64,000 nucleotides of DNA from Patescibacteria group bacterium (GCA_040388095.1 JAZKCM010000002.1:7264-71263); one strand, 5' to 3'; shown: positions 19,324 to 29,695, numbered from the stretch's first letter. The notes: generated by a model from the sequence alone, not told the origin. Translations and numbers: made by a program.

Positions 19324-20364
19324 ATGCAAATAAAAACAAAAGACTTACCAAACAGCGAGATAGAAATAGAGGGGGCAATCGACGCAAAAGATTTCGAAGG
19401 CTATTTCAGCAAAGCATTGAAATACTTAGGTGAACATATGGAATTCGATGGCTTCCGCAAAGGTAAAGCACCTGAAAATGTGCTTATTTCTCAAATTCCT
19501 GAATCAAAAATCTTGGAAGAAATGGCTGAGATGGCTCTCGGTGAGACATATCCAAAGATCTTGGAAGAAAACAAAATCGATGCAATCGGCCGACCAGAAA
19601 TCATAATCACTAAACTCGCTCGCAACAATGACCTTGGTTTCAAAATCAAGACTGCGATCATTCCTGTACTCAAAATGCCTGAGTACAAAAAGATTGCAAA
19701 AGAAATACAGGAAAACCTCACGACAGAAGAAAAAAATACTGAAGTAACAGCAGAAGATATGGAAAAAATAATAACAGACATTCGTAAATCTCGCGCACCT
19801 AAAATAGAGACGAAAGAAGGCGAAGAAGAAAAAGAATTAGAACCAATCCTACCAGAACTCAATGATGAATTTGTACAGGCACTCGGACCGTTTGAAAACG
19901 TAGAAGATTTCAAAAAGAAATTGGAAGCAAATATGAAATTGGAAAAAGAAAATATGGTTAAAGAAAAAACTCGTATCAAGATGATCGAAGCGATTATCGA
20001 AAAAACAGAAGTGGAAGTACCAGAGATTTTGGTAGACGTTGAGACAAATAAAATCATCGGCCGGATGAAAGACGATATAGCACAAATGGGTCTCAAATTT
20101 GAAGACTATTTGAAGCACTTACAAAAAACAGAAATAGATCTAAGAAAAGATTTTGAAAAAGATGCATTACAAAGAGCAAAGCTCGCACTCGTCCTCGCAG
20201 AAATTGCAAAATTAGAAAATACCAAACCAGAAGAAGCTGACATTGAACACGAAGTCGCTCACATCCTCGAGCATTATAAAGATGCTGACCCAGAACGCGC
20301 ACGAATGCACACTGAAAATGTTTTAACGAATGACAAAGTATTTAAATTCTTAGAAACTATATAA
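19324..20364 (+). CDS. tig: Trigger factor lacking the FKBP PPIase domain
   Basis: DGFRKGKAP ribosome-binding loop; N domain joins LPELNDEF directly; 346 aa. Confidence 0.92.
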   Translation: MQIKTKDLPNSEIEIEGAIDAKDFEGYFSKALKYLGEHMEFDGFRKGKAPENVLISQIPESKILEEMAEMALGETYPKILEENKIDAIGRPEIIITKLARNNDLGFKIKTAIIPVLKMPEYKKIAKEIQENLTTEEKNTEVTAEDMEKIITDIRKSRAPKIETKEGEEEKELEPILPELNDEFVQALGPFENVEDFKKKLEANMKLEKENMVKEKTRIKMIEAIIEKTEVEVPEILVDVETNKIIGRMKDDIAQMGLKFEDYLKHLQKTEIDLRKDFEKDALQRAKLALVLAEIAKLENTKPEEADIEHEVAHILEHYKDADPERARMHTENVLTNDKVFKFLETI

Positions 20365-20415
20365 AAAGAAAGTAGAATGCCCCGCTTCGTTATACGAAGC
20401 GGGGCATTTGTTTTG

Positions 20416-20892
20416 TTATTTTTCTTCCAATTTCTGCGTATCGATATTGAAAGAAAATGTTCTTATTTGCACAAAATCAGAATATTTTACTTCTGTTTCA
20501 CAAGAAAATAAAAATTCTTCTTGAGCGCCACAATTTGGATCATACAGAAAACTAAGAGAGTGGAAAATAAAATTCCCTTCTATTGGAATTGGAACTTTTT
20601 TCCAATAAATCTTATCTCCTTTATAAAAACTATTAAAGAGAAAAGTTTGGCTCTCATCTTTAGATTGAGCTGTTGCAAAAATACAGTAGTGACGATGAGC
20701 AAGATGGTCCGGTTTGATATTCGTGACACAAAACAAAAGGCTATCATTGGAAATAACATCTGGAACAAAATCACTAAACTGATAATAATTCACACCAGGA
20801 CCATTTGGTTTTGAGCTTGCATCATGAGCAAAAATAATCATAAATACGATGATGGTGGGGAAAATAATTCCGAGAATCTTTTTTGTTTTCAT
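20416..20892 (-). CDS. Orphan secreted hypothetical protein
   Basis: 158-aa ORF with N-terminal hydrophobic segment and its own TTGCAC...TATCAT promoter. Confidence 0.55.
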   Translation of the reverse strand: MKTKKILGIIFPTIIVFMIIFAHDASSKPNGPGVNYYQFSDFVPDVISNDSLLFCVTNIKPDHLAHRHYCIFATAQSKDESQTFLFNSFYKGDKIYWKKVPIPIEGNFIFHSLSFLYDPNCGAQEEFLFSCETEVKYSDFVQIRTFSFNIDTQKLEEK

Positions 20893-21012
20893 GACAAGGA
20901 GTTTTAAGTAAATATTTCAGTGAATAGTTTCAATTTAATGATATACCTTACACAAGAAAGTGCAATCAAGTGGATTTCTTGAAAAAGTGTATAAAAATGC
21001 TATGATTGAATT

Positions 21013-21606
21013 ATGTTAATACCAACAGTTATAGAAAAATCACAATTTGGCGAAAGAGCTTATGACATATACTCCCGCCTGCTCAAAGAGAACATCATAT
21101 TCTTAAGCGGATCGATCGATGACGACACAGCAAATATCGTCATTGCCCAGCTTTTATTCCTCCAATCAGAGAATCCAAAAAAAGATATCAGCTTGTATAT
21201 CAACTCCCCAGGAGGCTATGTCAAAGACGGTCTCGCTATTATCGACACGATGAACCATATAAAAAATGATGTTTCTACGATTTGCGTCGGTATGGCTGCT
21301 TCGATGGGTGCGATGATTCTCTCTGCCGGAGCCAAAGGCAAACGTTATTCCCTTCCAAATTCTGAAATAATGATCCATCAACCTCTCGGCGGTGCTGAAG
21401 GCCAAGCGAGTGATATCGAAATCAGCGCAAGACAAATATTGAAGCACAAAGCTCAACTGAACAAAATGCTTGCTAAAAACACAGGTCAATCACTCTCAAA
21501 AATCGAAAATGATGTAGATAGAAATTACTGGATGGATGCAGATGAGGCTAAAAAATATGGCATCATCGACGAAATCGTCACGAAATCCAAAGCGACTGCT
21601 AAATAA
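21013..21606 (+). CDS. clpP: ATP-dependent Clp protease proteolytic subunit
   Basis: [30 protein letters not shown]. Confidence 0.98.
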   Translation: MLIPTVIEKSQFGERAYDIYSRLLKENIIFLSGSIDDDTANIVIAQLLFLQSENPKKDISLYINSPGGYVKDGLAIIDTMNHIKNDVSTICVGMAASMGAMILSAGAKGKRYSLPNSEIMIHQPLGGAEGQASDIEISARQILKHKAQLNKMLAKNTGQSLSKIENDVDRNYWMDADEAKKYGIIDEIVTKSKATAK

Positions 21607-21653
21607 GACAAATTAAAAAGCCCTCGACAAGTTGTCGAGGGCTTTTGTTATTT

Positions 21654-22253
21654 CTAACAAATATTGTTTTCCTTACCGGGTTCAAATAAACAGAATTCTT
21701 CAATCCACGAGTATTCACCAGGGGAATTTCTCTTTCTATTAATGAAAGTATTTTTTAACTCCCTTTTACGAAACAGAATTTGCTGATCTGATAACATTCC
21801 CCCTTTAATAGAAAAGTACACGTACCAGCCAGCCTCAACAAAATTGGTCATTACAACTTTTAGCATATCTTTGTCTGTGACAAGATTATTCATATGGTAA
21901 TGCAATATTGCTTCCCCATTATTAGATTTTTTCAATTCCCCCTCAAGATAATCTTTTAAGATTTTTACATTTGAGAGAAAAGTTTTGTGCAATAACCGCT
22001 CATGAGTTTCTGGTTTTGTCTCAATAACATCATAATAATCAAGTGAAGTGCATATGTGGTCAACAATGGGCTGGAGCTTCCCTACTTCTGTTTCAAGCAA
22101 GACGAGCAATGTGGCTTTTTTAGCAAGATCTTCCTCATCCTTCCAAGCTTGGAAAAGGGATGGGATATTTTTAACAGGAGTGAGCTGATTTCTTATATCT
22201 TCTTTCAGTCCTTGTTTTATTAAGGTTTGTTCTTCAACTTCTGCAAGTTTCAT
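21654..22253 (-). CDS. Orphan hypothetical protein
   Basis: 199-aa ORF with its own TTGACA promoter. Confidence 0.55.
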   Translation of the reverse strand: MKLAEVEEQTLIKQGLKEDIRNQLTPVKNIPSLFQAWKDEEDLAKKATLLVLLETEVGKLQPIVDHICTSLDYYDVIETKPETHERLLHKTFLSNVKILKDYLEGELKKSNNGEAILHYHMNNLVTDKDMLKVVMTNFVEAGWYVYFSIKGGMLSDQQILFRKRELKNTFINRKRNSPGEYSWIEEFCLFEPGKENNIC

Positions 22254-22519
22254 AGTTTTAAGTTTTTAAGGTTAGTTTCCTTAAAATTACATCGATTAAG
22301 TTAATTTGTCAATACATTTCAATCCCCTCTTTTCGCTCCATAGACAACATCTCCCACATTTGGTATATTGAAAGTGTTAGATTTACAAATTTATTTTGAA
22401 ATTGGTTTATAGGAATATATCTTATATTATGAAAGGTTTTCAAGTTTTAAAAATTCTACTGGGAAATAAAAGCGAAATGCCAATATAATGGTGTGTTCTT
22501 GTAGGCCGGTATAAGGCTT

Positions 22520-24049
22520 ATGAGTTTAAAAATAATAATCTTAATGGGAGCCGGAGCGCTCTCTTTAGGCGTTGCTGTCGGCTACTACTTGCGACTCATC
22601 ATCGCTTTGGGAAAAAAGCGATCGATAGAGATCGACATCAAAGATATGATGGTCTCTGCAAAAGCTGAAGCGCAGAAAATAGTAGATGAAGCAAAGTCAA
22701 AATCAGAAGAAAAGCTTTCTGAATTAAAAGAAGAAGAGAAAAAGAAAACAGAAGATTTTAGAGAAACGGAAAAAAGACTCATCAAGAAAGACGAGCTTTT
22801 AGACGCACGCCAGCTCGAGATCGACAAAGAAATAGAGAACATAAAAATAAAAGTCGAAGATATCAAAAAGATTCAAGAAAGAGTTGAAAATGCTGAAACT
22901 GAGAAACGCCAAGCACTTGAAAAAGTCGCCAAGTTCACTCAAGAAGAAGCGAAAGAAGAACTCTTGAAAGATATCGAGAAGAAATATGAAGAAGATATTC
23001 TAGTGCGTATGCAAAAGCTCGAAAATGCAAACAGTGAGAAGCTCGACCGTCGTGCGAAAGATATTCTTTCTACTTCTATCCAACGATTAGCTTCAAGTAC
23101 TGCATCTGAAATGATGACGACAGCAGTAGCTATTCCAAACAACGATATCAAAGGTAAAATCATCGGAAAAGAAGGTAGAAATATCCGTGCATTTGAAAGA
23201 GCTTCAGGAGTGGAGCTCGTTGTCGATGACACACCAGGCACGATACTCATTTCTTCTTTCGACCCTATCCGTAGACAAGTCGCTCGTGTTGCACTTGAGA
23301 ATTTGATTCTCGATGGCCGTATCCAACCAGCGAAAATAGAAGAATTGGTAGAAAAAGCAAAAGAAGAAATTAATAAAATCATAAAAGAAAAAGGCGAACA
23401 AGCAGTCTACGAATGTGGCATATTCAATTTCGATCCACGCATCGTTGCGATCATCGGACGCCTCTACTTCCGTACTAGTTATGGCCAAAATGTTCTCCAG
23501 CACTCTATCGAAATGGCGCACGTTGCCGGAATGCTCGCTGAAGAGCTCGGTGCAGATGTAGCAATAGCGAAAGCTGGTGCGCTCGTCCACGACATCGGTA
23601 AAGCCCTCGACCACGAAGTCCAAGGTACACACATCGAGATCGGTATGCGCATCCTTCAGAAATTTGGAGCAGATGAGCGCATTATCACTGCAATGAAATC
23701 TCATCACGAAGACTATCCATACGAGACGATCGAATCAGTCATCGTCCAGACAGCTGATGCAATCTCTGGTGGTCGTCCAGGTGCCCGCAGAGATTCTGTA
23801 GAAAATTATCTAAAGCGTTTGCAAGAGCTCGAAGCACTTGTGAATGCATTTGAAGGTGTCGATAAATCATACGCACTCCAAGCAGGACGCGAAATCCGCA
23901 TCTTCGTCACTCCAGAAAAAGTTTCTGATACAGAAAGCAAACTTATGGCTCGCGAAATCGCTACAAAGATCGAACAAGAACTCAAATACCCAGGTGAAAT
24001 CAAAGTCACCGTCATCCGTGAATCTAGAATTATCGAATACGCGAGATAA
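22520..24049 (+). CDS. rny: Ribonuclease Y
   Basis: TM + coiled coil + KH (KGKIIGKEGRNIR) + HD (LVHDIGK), RPGARR. Confidence 0.98.
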   Translation: MSLKIIILMGAGALSLGVAVGYYLRLIIALGKKRSIEIDIKDMMVSAKAEAQKIVDEAKSKSEEKLSELKEEEKKKTEDFRETEKRLIKKDELLDARQLEIDKEIENIKIKVEDIKKIQERVENAETEKRQALEKVAKFTQEEAKEELLKDIEKKYEEDILVRMQKLENANSEKLDRRAKDILSTSIQRLASSTASEMMTTAVAIPNNDIKGKIIGKEGRNIRAFERASGVELVVDDTPGTILISSFDPIRRQVARVALENLILDGRIQPAKIEELVEKAKEEINKIIKEKGEQAVYECGIFNFDPRIVAIIGRLYFRTSYGQNVLQHSIEMAHVAGMLAEELGADVAIAKAGALVHDIGKALDHEVQGTHIEIGMRILQKFGADERIITAMKSHHEDYPYETIESVIVQTADAISGGRPGARRDSVENYLKRLQELEALVNAFEGVDKSYALQAGREIRIFVTPEKVSDTESKLMAREIATKIEQELKYPGEIKVTVIRESRIIEYAR

Positions 24050-24137
24050 AATACAAAGAGAAATCAAAAATGTTAAATAAAAAATCACCTAGTTTCATTA
24101 TGAAACTAGGTGATTTGTATTCAGCTTAAAAAATTAA

Positions 24138-24770
24138 TTAAGCGGCTTCTTCCAAAAGCTCCACAAAATTTTTCACAGCATATATTTTGAATTTTTTTAA
24201 AGAAACCGGTTTTTTACGCTGGCCTTCATAAGCATCCAGTAGGCAGGTACGCATCAATTTCTGCAAATGTTCCGGAGCGTCCTGATTGAACCTCTTCCTA
24301 AAAAGAACAATTACTTCTTTTTGTTTAGAAGGATTCAGGCGTTTAATCAAACACACCATCTTATCAAACAAAACAAAACCGAGCTCATCACGAAATGCTT
24401 TATTCTCCGGCAATATAGTGAAATATTTCATCCAAAGCATAAGTTTAACAAAGAGAGATTCCGGTTGTAGCTTACTCAAAGAACTGATGTCCTTTATGGA
24501 TACTTGGTTTATTTGTCCCTGCTTGGTGATAAAGTATGCTTCACGGTCATTTAAAGCTTGTTTTACTGCCTTTTCTTGTGTTTCAGACAGTTCAATTACG
24601 CCTTTCATTCTCTTTTTGGCATCAACCCAGTCAGAATTTCCAATCGGAAGGAGTGTATCTTCTTCAGATTTTGAAGGTACATAATTCCAATTCTGATCTA
24701 AACAGACACATTGTCCGTTTAAGCAGGCAATTTTTTGCCCTGCATTTAATTTAAAAGCCAATTTTTTCAT
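24138..24770 (-). CDS. Orphan hypothetical protein
   Basis: 210-aa ORF with TTGACT...TATAAT promoter. Confidence 0.55.
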   Translation of the reverse strand: MKKLAFKLNAGQKIACLNGQCVCLDQNWNYVPSKSEEDTLLPIGNSDWVDAKKRMKGVIELSETQEKAVKQALNDREAYFITKQGQINQVSIKDISSLSKLQPESLFVKLMLWMKYFTILPENKAFRDELGFVLFDKMVCLIKRLNPSKQKEVIVLFRKRFNQDAPEHLQKLMRTCLLDAYEGQRKKPVSLKKFKIYAVKNFVELLEEAA

Positions 24771-24971
24771 AAAAAGTAGGTTTTTGAAGTTTTTTAAAAG
24801 AGCGATGGACTTTCCAAAGCCGTAATTCTGTTTATCATTATACTATAATGCAAACAAAAGTCAAATACATTTAGCCTATTGCCTAAAAAAACCCTTACTA
24901 TATAATATATGGGTAAGTAATTAAAGGGTTAAATGGTCGAGCGCATTACAAATTTTTAAAAAAATTATACT

Positions 24972-25244
24972 ATGAACAAACAAGGATTAGTCGAAGGAGT
25001 ACAAATGAAACTCGGCGGTACTAAAGTACAAGCTGAAGAAATCGTCGATGGTATGTTTGATGCTATCGTTTCTACAATGAAAAAAGGAGACGAAGTTTCA
25101 ATCGCTGGCTTTGGAATCTTTTCTGTAAAAGGAAGAGCTGCTCGTATGGCTCGCAATCCAAAAACTGGAGAGCAAGTCAAAGTCGCTGCTAAGAAAGTTC
25201 CAAAATTCAGAGCTGCAAAGGCTTTGAAGGACGCAGTCGAATAA
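24972..25244 (+). CDS. hup: DNA-binding protein HU
   Basis: GFGIFSV, ARNPKTGE, VPKFRAAKALKDAV. Confidence 0.97.
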   Translation: MNKQGLVEGVQMKLGGTKVQAEEIVDGMFDAIVSTMKKGDEVSIAGFGIFSVKGRAARMARNPKTGEQVKVAAKKVPKFRAAKALKDAVE

Positions 25245-25261
25245 TATTTTATCTCGAGATA

Positions 25262-25296
25262 AAACACAAAACCCGCTTATGGCGGGTTTTGTGTTT
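25262..25296 (+). terminator. Terminator after hup
   Basis: aaacacaaaacccgc-ttatg-gcgggttttgtgttt. Confidence 0.8.
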
Positions 25297-25368
25297 GTGT
25301 TACAATTAATACAAACAAGTCCGAGTAATGAAAGTCATTACTTTTTGTAAAACTAAAACTCTAAAAAA

Positions 25369-26451
25369 ATGGAAACAATAAAAACACTCCCAAAATTCAA
25401 AAAGCCGGGTGAGAATTTATTCTTCCCTACCCTCGAAAGAAGAATCGATTATCATTTCGAAAAAAACCGTATCAAAAAAACTGCAAATATACACACCTAT
25501 CTCAAAGCATTCATTCTGCTCGCCTTCCTTTGCGGAAGCTACTACTGCGTCATTTTTGCAAACATACCCGCCATAGCCAAATTGATACTCTGTATTTTTA
25601 TTGGTATTGATTTTGCTGCTATCGGTTTTAATATTATGCATGATGCTGGACACGGCAACTATTCCAAAAAGTATAAAAAGATCAATGAGCTCTTGGTGCT
25701 TTCTCTCAACCTCGTGGGCGCAAATGCGTATCTATGGAAGACGAAGCACAACATCCTCCATCATACGTACACAAACATCGAAAATGTGGACGAAGACATC
25801 GATATACCAGGAATGAGAGTACATAAAGAACAGATACTTAAAAAGTACCATAAATATCAACACATTTATTGGATCTTTCTCTATATGTTCACCTACTTTC
25901 TGTGGGTTTGGTATGCTGATTTCAAGAAGTACTTTACTGGAAAAATAAATGGCTACAAATTTCCTAAAATGAAATTAAAAAATCATATTATTTTCTGGGC
26001 AAGCAAGGCTTTCTACACATTCTATATGATTTTCATTCCTTGGTATGTTCTAGGATTTTTGCCTTTCCTTGCTGGCTATCTGCTTCTCTGTGCAGTTTGT
26101 GGTTTATTCATTAGTATTATCTTTCAGCTCGCACATGTAGTGGAAGGGGTTGCTAATCCTGTAGTGAACAAGGAAAATCAGATCAAAGAAGATTGGTGGA
26201 AACATGAAGTACAAACAACTGCAAACTTTGCAACAAAGAGCAGATTCATTAATTGGTTTTGTGGTGGGCTTAATTTTCAAATAGAGCATCACCTCTTTAC
26301 TGAAATAAATCATGTTCATTATTCCGGAATGAGTCCTATCGTCAAAGAAACCTGTGAAGAGTTTGGAATCGTATATAATGAAAAACCAACTTTTTTAGAC
26401 GCACTTCGTTCTCATATCAATCATTTAAAAAAATTAGGCACTGAAGTCTAA
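25369..26451 (+). CDS. Membrane fatty acid (acyl-CoA) desaturase
   Basis: His boxes HDAGH, HNILHH, QIEHH; FQLAHVVE; TM helices. Confidence 0.92.
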   Translation: METIKTLPKFKKPGENLFFPTLERRIDYHFEKNRIKKTANIHTYLKAFILLAFLCGSYYCVIFANIPAIAKLILCIFIGIDFAAIGFNIMHDAGHGNYSKKYKKINELLVLSLNLVGANAYLWKTKHNILHHTYTNIENVDEDIDIPGMRVHKEQILKKYHKYQHIYWIFLYMFTYFLWVWYADFKKYFTGKINGYKFPKMKLKNHIIFWASKAFYTFYMIFIPWYVLGFLPFLAGYLLLCAVCGLFISIIFQLAHVVEGVANPVVNKENQIKEDWWKHEVQTTANFATKSRFINWFCGGLNFQIEHHLFTEINHVHYSGMSPIVKETCEEFGIVYNEKPTFLDALRSHINHLKKLGTEV

Positions 26452-26494
26452 AATTAAAATCCCCTGCTCATATTGAGCGAGGGGATTTTTTAAT

Positions 26495-27055
26495 TTAAAA
26501 AACATTCATAGCTTCAGCAATTTCTAAAATAAAATTATTTTCAGGAGATATTTCCTCGTGAATAATTTTTGCTTCTTTTAAGATTTTTGTCCAAAAACTA
26601 GAATCTTGTGAAGCTCTAGAGCCTCCTTTGTGATACAAATCTTTAGCGATAAGCCAAATGGTAGCTGTTGCTTCACAAATCAACGGATCAGACATAATTC
26701 CATTACCAGATCCTCCGGCAAAATCTTTTCCTATTTTTATAGCACCAGCTTCCAACAATTGCTGAGAAGCTGGATCAAAGACTTCACTTGATTTTGTTTT
26801 ATTTGCACAAAGTGTCCGTGTGACTTTCATTGATGCATTATGCATATGAAAATGTTTTTGATCTACTTTGACGTGACCATATTCTTCGGTGATGAGAATA
26901 TTTTTACTGTGATCAAAATAACAAAAATATAGACCGTTGTCCAAATGTAGTGCATTGTTTGGTAATTTCTTAATAGCATTTTCTAATACCGTCAAGAATG
27001 GATTCATAATTGGATGAATATGTGATTCAAACCTATGGTTATTTGTTGTATTCAT
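26495..27055 (-). CDS. Orphan hypothetical protein
   Basis: 186-aa ORF convergent with the desaturase across a shared terminator. Confidence 0.55.
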   Translation of the reverse strand: MNTTNNHRFESHIHPIMNPFLTVLENAIKKLPNNALHLDNGLYFCYFDHSKNILITEEYGHVKVDQKHFHMHNASMKVTRTLCANKTKSSEVFDPASQQLLEAGAIKIGKDFAGGSGNGIMSDPLICEATATIWLIAKDLYHKGGSRASQDSSFWTKILKEAKIIHEEISPENNFILEIAEAMNVF

Positions 27056-27157
27056 TTTTTAAAGTTTTGGTTCTCTTTAGTTTTATCACATAAAACCATA
27101 AAGGACAAGAAAATAAAAACTCGCTTTTTACAATAAAAATGCTAATATAAAAACATT

Positions 27158-27228
27158 GCGGGATTAGTTTATCGGTAAAATAACAGTTTTCCAAACTGTG
27201 GTGAAGGGTTCGACTCCCTTATCCCGCA
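27158..27228 (+). tRNA. tRNA-Gly(TCC), CCA not encoded
   Basis: gcgggat/atcccgc acceptor stem; acagt-tt-TCC-aa-actgt; ggttcgactcc. Confidence 0.95.
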
Positions 27229-27229
27229 C

Positions 27230-27376
27230 AAAAACAAATGAACCGAGGCATGTCCTCGGTGATTTTGTTTTGTAGTAGGGTCAGGGAGGAGAAAGGCGCA
27301 GGCGGACGCGCCGAGCCGGGGTCGCACAAAATTTCAGCAGAAATTTATGAGTGACCGACTCCCTTATCCCGCACCA
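27230..27376 (+). repeat. tRNA-linked structured element ending in a copy of the tRNA-Gly 3' end
   Basis: cgactcccttatcccgcac at 27356-27374 repeats 27211-27229; internal hairpins. Confidence 0.8.
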
Positions 27377-27423
27377 GAATAAACAAAAACACCTAGAATA
27401 TTCTAGATGTTTTTGTTTAAAAG

Positions 27424-27813
27424 TTATATATTTTTATCTTCATTAGAGTTTTTATCTTTAAGGTGTGACAACAAAGTATTTTTTAAAACTTTAATACGTG
27501 CTTTCATTTCATGATGTTCTTTTATTTTATTCAATTCTCCAGCAAAAGCTTCTGGATCTTTTTTAAGCGTATTTTCCCTGTCTTTAATTTCTTGAATTAC
27601 ATTTTTAACATATTCTGGATTTTTTATTCTTTGTTCAAACAAAATATCTTCTTGTTCTGAAAGAGATTTATAATCATTAACAGGGGGCATTTTTTGTGCT
27701 TCTTGTACGTCATTAGCACCCAATTCATCTCTAATTTTCTGCCTTATTAAGGTAGAAACATTTTCTGGAATATTTTCTACTTTAGGTGCTTTTTTAAAAA
27801 GTGATTCAAACAT
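27424..27813 (-). CDS. Hypothetical charged protein
   Basis: ORF, probable start MFESLFKK. Confidence 0.55.
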   Translation of the reverse strand: MFESLFKKAPKVENIPENVSTLIRQKIRDELGANDVQEAQKMPPVNDYKSLSEQEDILFEQRIKNPEYVKNVIQEIKDRENTLKKDPEAFAGELNKIKEHHEMKARIKVLKNTLLSHLKDKNSNEDKNI

Positions 27814-27872
27814 ATATGTATTATACAAAATATAAGTTAAATAGTAAGCACTTTCAATATTTATAACTTCTT

Positions 27873-27943
27873 TCGGGCTGCTGGGAATCGAACCCAGTCA
27901 ACGTGTTCCCAAAACACGTGTACTACCGGTATACGACAGCCCG
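27873..27943 (-). tRNA. tRNA-Pro(TGG)
   Basis: Reverse complement: cgggctg...cgtgt-tt-TGG-ga-acacg...gggttcgattccc...cagcccga. Confidence 0.95.
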
Positions 27944-28001
27944 TTCAATAATAAAACTAGAACAGATAAGACTATATCACAAAAAACCTTTTTCTCAAAT
28001 C

Positions 28002-28982
28002 TTACTTCCCTTCTTGCACTCTCTTCAAGTCCTCATATTTCACTTCTGGAAGATCTTTATAATCATTTTGATACGCCCGCTCTGTCACAGACCTCACTGT
28101 CCCACCGACACTATCAGTCATGAAGAAATATTTCTGGCCCGCTTTATCTACTGTGGCATATTTGAGAGGGCCTTTAGGTAAAATTATTTCTTTTTCTAAG
28201 ATTTTTTGTTCTATATCTATTTTTAAATTTTGTATTTTTTTATCTAAAACAACTTCTTGAACTGGTTTTTTATACATCGGTAAGGAACGAAATTCTTTTT
28301 TAATTTTTATATTTGAGATTTCTTCTGCCTTATACCCTTTACTTAGATCATTTGTATAGTATCTACCATCTTCAATTTTATCTGATGAAATATTCTTAAG
28401 CACAAATGGTTTATCAAAAGAATTAGTAGAATTATTCAATTCTTTTCTTGTTTTTTCAATTTCTTCGTTTATAATCTTGTCAGTAATTTTAGGAAATACT
28501 TTCTTTATTTCTCCTCTATCTACTTTATCTTCAATAAAATCAGTAGTTGGTTTATTGGTCAAATCATTAGATAAATCATACGAATATGTTCCAGTTAAAT
28601 AATCTGGATTATAACTTTCTTTATTTATCCATCCAATAGGTTGTATCTTATCTTTTTTAAAAAAACTATCAGCTTCTTTATCTAAAGGTTTTCTTGTTCT
28701 TGTAATTTTTACCTTAGAATCAAATGGACCAATAGTATCTTTTGATAAATTTTTAGAAAAATTATTATTAAACATATTAAAAGATTTTAAACTATCCTTA
28801 TACGCTTTCAATCTCGGGTCATTAGGATCAGTCGTATGATATGCCGGTACTTCTAGTTTTTTATTATTCTTTTCAACACCTATAACTTGTCCATCAGCTT
28901 TTTCAGGCGAACCGGCAAGAGCACCAACAAAAGCAGCGCCTGTGGCAAGTTTCTTTATAGATTTTTTGAAAAAGTTTTCCAT
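28002..28982 (-). CDS. Hypothetical Lys-rich protein with N-terminal hydrophobic segment
   Basis: Probable start MENFFKKSIKKLATGAAFVGALAG. Confidence 0.6.
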   Translation of the reverse strand: MENFFKKSIKKLATGAAFVGALAGSPEKADGQVIGVEKNNKKLEVPAYHTTDPNDPRLKAYKDSLKSFNMFNNNFSKNLSKDTIGPFDSKVKITRTRKPLDKEADSFFKKDKIQPIGWINKESYNPDYLTGTYSYDLSNDLTNKPTTDFIEDKVDRGEIKKVFPKITDKIINEEIEKTRKELNNSTNSFDKPFVLKNISSDKIEDGRYYTNDLSKGYKAEEISNIKIKKEFRSLPMYKKPVQEVVLDKKIQNLKIDIEQKILEKEIILPKGPLKYATVDKAGQKYFFMTDSVGGTVRSVTERAYQNDYKDLPEVKYEDLKRVQEGK

Positions 28983-29008
28983 CACAAATAAATTATACAC
29001 CAAATACA

Positions 29009-29428
29009 CTATAAAATAACATCCTCTACCCTTTTTACTCTCGCCTTCTTATTATTCATATCCAGGAAGACCACCAAGAGGTCAAATTGCCATTCTGTAC
29101 TCTCAGAGACATGTTTGGACACTAAATACGTTTGAATTGTCCTTGAGAGCCTTTTGAGCTTCCAGGGATGCATATTATCTTCTGGCTTGTATTGATCGAT
29201 TGTTATTCGTGAAACATTCACCAAATCCCGTGTAACTGCCTTAACTTCCACAAAATAAAGCTTTAATCCCCTATTTTCTTGTCGCTGTGCGACAATATCT
29301 ATCTCACCCCATTTCTTTGTATAGTTTCTTTCTAGAATAGTGAAGCCGTGTTTCACGAGAAACTTACAGGCGACACTTTCACCAATTTCCCCTATTTTTT
29401 GTTTTTCTGAAGTAAAAACTTTAGGCAT
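29009..29428 (-). CDS. yraN: YraN family nuclease
   Basis: GEIGESVA, ILERNY...GEIDIVA, FVEVK, QFDLL. Confidence 0.92.
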   Translation of the reverse strand: MPKVFTSEKQKIGEIGESVACKFLVKHGFTILERNYTKKWGEIDIVAQRQENRGLKLYFVEVKAVTRDLVNVSRITIDQYKPEDNMHPWKLKRLSRTIQTYLVSKHVSESTEWQFDLLVVFLDMNNKKARVKRVEDVIL

Positions 29429-29461
29429 TTGTGTAAGGTTTCACGAATAACATAGTAAATA

Positions 29462-29477
29462 TGTTTCACGTGAAACA
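29462..29477. promoter_or_regulatory. parS centromere-like site (perfect consensus)
   Basis: TGTTTCACGTGAAACA; degenerate copies start at 29201, 29349, 29437, 30136, 30340 and 30685. Confidence 0.85.
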
Positions 29478-29603
29478 TATTCTATACATTTTAAGCTATT
29501 TTCTTCATTTTCCTAAATAACCCTTATAATATAAGCTATTAGACATATTCACCTTTTTAAAAGACACCACTCTTTCTGTCCTTTATAAACAATACCCCCA
29601 GAC

Positions 29604-29612
29604 TTATCCACA
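29604..29612 (+). promoter_or_regulatory. DnaA box
   Basis: TTATCCACA in AT-rich intergenic DNA. Confidence 0.45.
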
Positions 29613-29695
29613 GTTATGACCTATTTTTACGGTCTTTTATCAAAAATCCTTATAAAACAAAGCGAGGTAAAGGACAAGGAAAATTTCTATCTTTA

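Noticed and set aside
22370-22519. Riboswitch or leader peptide before rny
   Set aside because: AT-rich leader without a recognisable aptamer; the 19-codon ORF has no supporting features
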